Positions 48,344-52,192 of a DNA stretch of 52,192 nucleotides are shown piece after piece. Source of the stretch: a virus (taxonomy: Duplodnaviria; Caudoviricetes); IMG/VR virus record IMGVR_UViG_3300046167_000237, positions 1 to 52,192 of that record. One strand, written 5' to 3'. The first letter of the stretch is position 1, and every line of letters begins with the position of its first letter. Made by a program: the position numbers and the translations under genes. The notes beneath the pieces were generated by a model that did not search any database, was not told the DNA's origin, and worked only from the letters and a program-made list of their open reading frames with translations.

Positions 48344-51300
48344 TATTTTGCCTCCAATTCTGCGACACGTTCTTTAATGCCTTAATCTTTTTATGTGCTT
48401 CCTGCAATGCCGCCACTAGGACAGGCGTGATGCGTCCGTAATCCATAGACATCATCTCTTCGCCATCAGGATCACCTGATACAGCCTCTGGAACGATCTC
48501 CTTGCATTTCCTGTGCGATAAAGCCGACGACTGCGTCTGCTTCTGGGATCAGCTTTCCACGTGTGCGTGACAGGCTTCATAGCCATCAGCTTGTCTGTGG
48601 CATCTGCAATAGGCTGAATGTTGTCTTCAAGCGGCGGTCTGAGGTGGTGTTGTAGGTTGTGCCAGAGGTGGTTACGTCGATGGAACCAACGTCCGTGTTG
48701 TTTTTTTGAAGCCTAATGCATTCACCATCGGTACCATGCCTCGCAGCAATAAGTGCGTGGGTGCTAGATGAACCAATCATTATGCCGCTTGTGCCATAAA
48801 TCTGCACACCAGTCCCATCAGTGTGCGGGTTTGGCGAGGCAGTGCCGGGAAACATAAATTGCCCGGTGCTAGTCACTCGCATCCGTGGATTACCATCTCC
48901 ATCAGACAGCACGATTTGATTGTCTGAGGCGCGGATGTCTAGGCCGCCTTGGTTGCCGTTGTAGCTACCAAGGATAGTGTTTTTTTGGCCTGATGTTATT
49001 AATTTACCAGCGTCTTTCCCAATGTAAGTATTGAAGCTTGAAGTTGAAATTTCACCAGCATCGTTGCCGATAAATGTATTAGATCGGCCTGAAACATTTG
49101 TGTACCCAGCCTGACACCCAACCGCTGTGTTGCTAGGCCGCGGTAGTAGAGTTTAACGCCTGTTTACCAACGCCGACATTGCCTGTGCCGTTTTCTATTT
49201 CAATAGTGCCAGAAAGGAAAAGATTATCCCATTGGATGCCAGTATTTCCTAAGTCTACACTAGCAACTGTTGGAGTCATTTGAAGGTTGCCTGTCCAATC
49301 ACTGTTGTATAGAGCAACAATGTTTTGGAGTTCAAGATAACGAGAGCCAGACGTTTTTATCTCAAGCTCATTAGTTGCAGTCCCAATACTCCCCACCGTT
49401 AAGCCGTCTTTGGCAAACTCAATAATATTACCGTCAGCAGTAAGTCTGTTTATGTAGGCAGGGGTGTTGTTGCTACGGGTTACAAATAAAGTGTTATCAG
49501 CCCTTAACTCTATGCCAGAAGTGCCAAATCCTGTGGCAAGCTTACCCACGAGCAAGTTACCGCTTTGATCCAGCAACATTCTCGTGGTGTTGTTCGTATC
49601 AAACCTTAGATTGCCAGTACCTGTTTCTTGGATATGGCTGTCGCCAGTGCCAGCGTCATGGAATATAGCTAAGTCTAAGCCAGTGCCGAAATACAAACCA
49701 CTATTGTCGGTGATTGTCGCAGAGCCAGTTAAGTAAAGACCAGTAAGCGTCAGCCGTGCTGCGTGGCTCAAACTGCTGGTTGGCGACGTTGTAAGCTAGG
49801 ATTTTGTGGTCTGCGTTGTTCGCCGTGGTAACGTCTGTCATGATCATTCATCGACTGGTTTGACAGCGTGAACGTGCCGTAAGCGATAATCTCGATAGCG
49901 TCGTTCAACGCCGCGCCAGAGGCTAAGACAACAGATGTGCCGCTGGTCGCAGTGTAATCCGCCGGAGCCAGCTTTACGCCGTTCATGTAAATATCTGCGT
50001 AGCCACCGTCGTATGCCAGAGTGTTGTTGTTGTCGTCTGCGCCAGTGAATGTAGTTTGGCCTGCGGTTGCTGTGTAATTGAAGCGGTCTGCCGTTCCGTT
50101 GACAGACGAACCCGCAGCCGTCCAACCAGATTGGGCATATACCTTCATCGTGTTGGTACTTGTGTCGAAGTAAAGGTCGCCAACGATCGAGAGCCGAACC
50201 GTCTGGGTCTTGCGTCGGTGCAGACGACTGTGCGCCAAGGTATGTGTTGTTGAATGCTGTTACGTTGGTTGCGGCGGTCGTGACGTCTGCTGCAATTCCT
50301 GCGACGGTCGTTACATTTGATGAGATGCCTGCAACCGTTGTGACGTTAGATGATATGCCAGCGACAGTTGTAATGTTCGCGTTGTTCGTGGCGGCTGTCG
50401 TTACGTCTGCGCTTATGCCTGCCACAGGTTGTGACGTTCGCACTTATGCCAGCCAACTGTGTTGACGTTTGCTATGTTGGTGGCCGTTGTATTTACGTTC
50501 GCTATGTTTGTAGCGACTGTGTTTACGTTGGCTATTGATCCGCCAACAAGGTCTACGTTTGTAATTGAATTAGCGACCGTGTCAATTTCTGAAGTGGCTT
50601 CATTAAGGTCGTCTGCGGCAGTTATGACTGCGGCGATGTCGTTCGCTACCGTCTGCAAGTTGTTGTTGTCGATCTCGTCTGCAACAGTCTGCAAGTCTGC
50701 CACGTTGGTAGCGACGGTAGATACGTCTGTGTTGTTGTTTGCGACTGTAGTGACGTTGGATGCTATGCCAGCTACCGTTGTAACATTGGCGGAAATGCCA
50801 GCAACTGTTGTTACATTCGATGCGATGCCTGCAACAGTGGTTGTATTTGCTGAGATACCTGCAACTGTTGTGACATTACTGTCTATGTTTGCGACAGATG
50901 TTACGTCTGCTGATATGCCAGCGACAGTGTTTACGTTCGATATGTTTGTTGCTGTTGTGTTTACGTTGGCGATTGCCGCCGCAACAGTGTTGATATTGGC
51001 TATGCCAGATGAAACTGTAGTGACTGCTGTACTTGTCGCCCAATATTTGGCTGAATATTCTCCAGTGTTGCCGACTGTGCTGGATGTTTTGATTGCCCAG
51101 TCTTTCGCGGAACCTGTTGTGGTGTCGATACCCGTACCGCCAACTGCGTAGGCTTTAGATGAATAGTCTGTGCTTACGACTTGGCCATTTGTTTTAGATG
51201 CCCAGTCCCTTGCTTCGGATACGTCTACGAGCTTTTCTGTGTTGGCAGATGCGATAACCGCCGCTTCGTCTGCGAATGTTGTGCCGGATGAGAGGCCATG

Positions 51301-51648
51301 GACGATGTAAACATCCTTGTTTGTAAGGGTTAGGAGGTCGAAGTTGTTGTAGGTAGTGGACGCATTGAAAGTGCCAGTGATGTCAAAGAACGTGGTAATG
51401 TCCGTCCAGCCAGTGTTGCTGTTGGCAAAGTTGCCTGCGCGGAACTGGATTTTGTCTGCGGTCGCGTCGAAGCGGAACTCAAAGTTAGCGGCGCGGAATA
51501 CACCGTTGCTGTCAAAGAGATCATCCATCAAATCGGGGAGCGTGCGGCTACCCTTCTCTGAGTTCTCCATATACGTGTCAAGAATGTGGTCGCCTGTCGT
51601 TGCGCTCCGAAACCTTAACTGTTCACCTGTAGGACGCGTAATACCCAT
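48343..51648 (-). CDS. long tail fibre with C-terminal intramolecular chaperone (peptidase S74-like), split by indels
   Basis: SAKYWA motif, V.TVA repeats, YNTTSDRRLK, GFIAQE, DYGRITPVLVAALQE. Confidence 0.75.
50265..51030 (-). repeat. degenerate 30-bp (10-aa) coding tandem repeats, NVTTVAGISA-like
   Basis: many imperfect copies in the fibre shaft. Confidence 0.8.
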
Positions 51649-51920
51649 CAGTCATAATACCCCATGTCTTTCATCAGACGTACTAACTTTGCCTTAGTAA
51701 GCGTGTACTTGTCGTCCAATGCGGTTGTATTGGTTAGCCCCTCTAGTTCTGAGATGCGTAGGCGCATGGCCTCGATCTGAGATTTTAGGGCAGTAACTTC
51801 AGAGGTGCGCTGTTCATCGCGGACGTCTAAGTCGCGCTGTTGTACGCGCTCTACTTCATCGACGTAGTCAACGACCTTCTGATCTATAGTGGAAGCTAGG
51901 GCGGTTTTCTTTTGGCTCAT
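51648..51920 (-). CDS. coiled-coil hypothetical protein
   Basis: 90-aa ORF coupled to the portal and fibre genes. Confidence 0.65.
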   Translation of the reverse strand: MSQKKTALASTIDQKVVDYVDEVERVQQRDLDVRDEQRTSEVTALKSQIEAMRLRISELEGLTNTTALDDKYTLTKAKLVRLMKDMGYYD

Positions 51921-52192
51921 CGTCTCTTGGCCTCACTCATTGGTATTAGGTTGCCCTTCTGGACTTCGTTCTGGACATCACCTTGTGGTTGTACGGATGC
52001 ACCGCGCATCTTCTCCATCAACTGCATTTGCTGTGAAGGACTTGGCCCTTCTTGCTCTAATTGCTCTTTGGAGACGCGGAAGCGGTCTAAGTCTGTGATA
52101 CCCATTGCGCGGATTGCCTCTTCTGCAATCTGGCCAGCGTTGTATTCCATGTTCAGACCAGTCTGGGACATAATCTGTAGCATGTTCATCCA
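51917..52192 (-). CDS. probable portal protein, C-terminal fragment running off the window
   Basis: Gln/Met-rich helical C-terminus at the head of the virion block; assignment by position. Confidence 0.5.
   Translation of the reverse strand, partial: WMNMLQIMSQTGLNMEYNAGQIAEEAIRAMGITDLDRFRVSKEQLEQEGPSPSQQMQLMEKMRGASVQPQGDVQNEVQKGNLIPMSEAKRR

Noticed and set aside
45829-51648. Diversity-generating retroelement or invertible tail-fibre cassette
   Set aside because: No reverse transcriptase, no template/variable repeat pair and no invertase or flanking inverted repeats were seen.

Overview
This window is most of a temperate, podovirus-type dsDNA phage genome. The gene content looks marine, and the host is probably an alphaproteobacterium (inferred from the attP sequence). 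The left end looks like a genome terminus; the right end breaks off inside the portal gene, and no terminase is in the window. Layout: (i) 1-7.8 kb, + strand early region with an Ala/Lys-rich protein, a CobS-like AAA+ ATPase and CobT-like VWA partner, a pyrimidine-dimer glycosylase-like gene and many small ORFs; (ii) 7.8-10.4 kb, LuxR-type HTH, tyrosine integrase and an attP made of the 3' part of tRNA-Ser(GCT); (iii) 10.4-14.9 kb, - strand cluster with a lysozyme-fold protein, many tiny Lys/Arg/Cys-rich ORFs, a 2OG-Fe(II) oxygenase, a resolvase and an HTH/Zn-finger protein; (iv) 15.3-20.7 kb, replication/recombination module (Prim-Pol/helicase, Cro-like, AAA_24 ATPase, SSB, Cas4-like nuclease; no separate DNA polymerase); (v) 20.7-52.2 kb, - strand lysis and virion genes, including a ~3,270-aa polyvalent protein with ADP-ribosyltransferase-like and zincin-like domains. 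Many genes are split by single-base insertions that look like long-read errors. The strongest unexplained signals are regulatory: a GGACGA(C)-N18/19-(-10) late promoter-like motif at 10 positions upstream of - strand genes, a GGTGT-N7-ACACC operator on the sigma70-type promoters, and a shared mismatched UUCG hairpin in the scaffold and capsid leaders. All family calls are by-eye motif recognition; no database searches were run.
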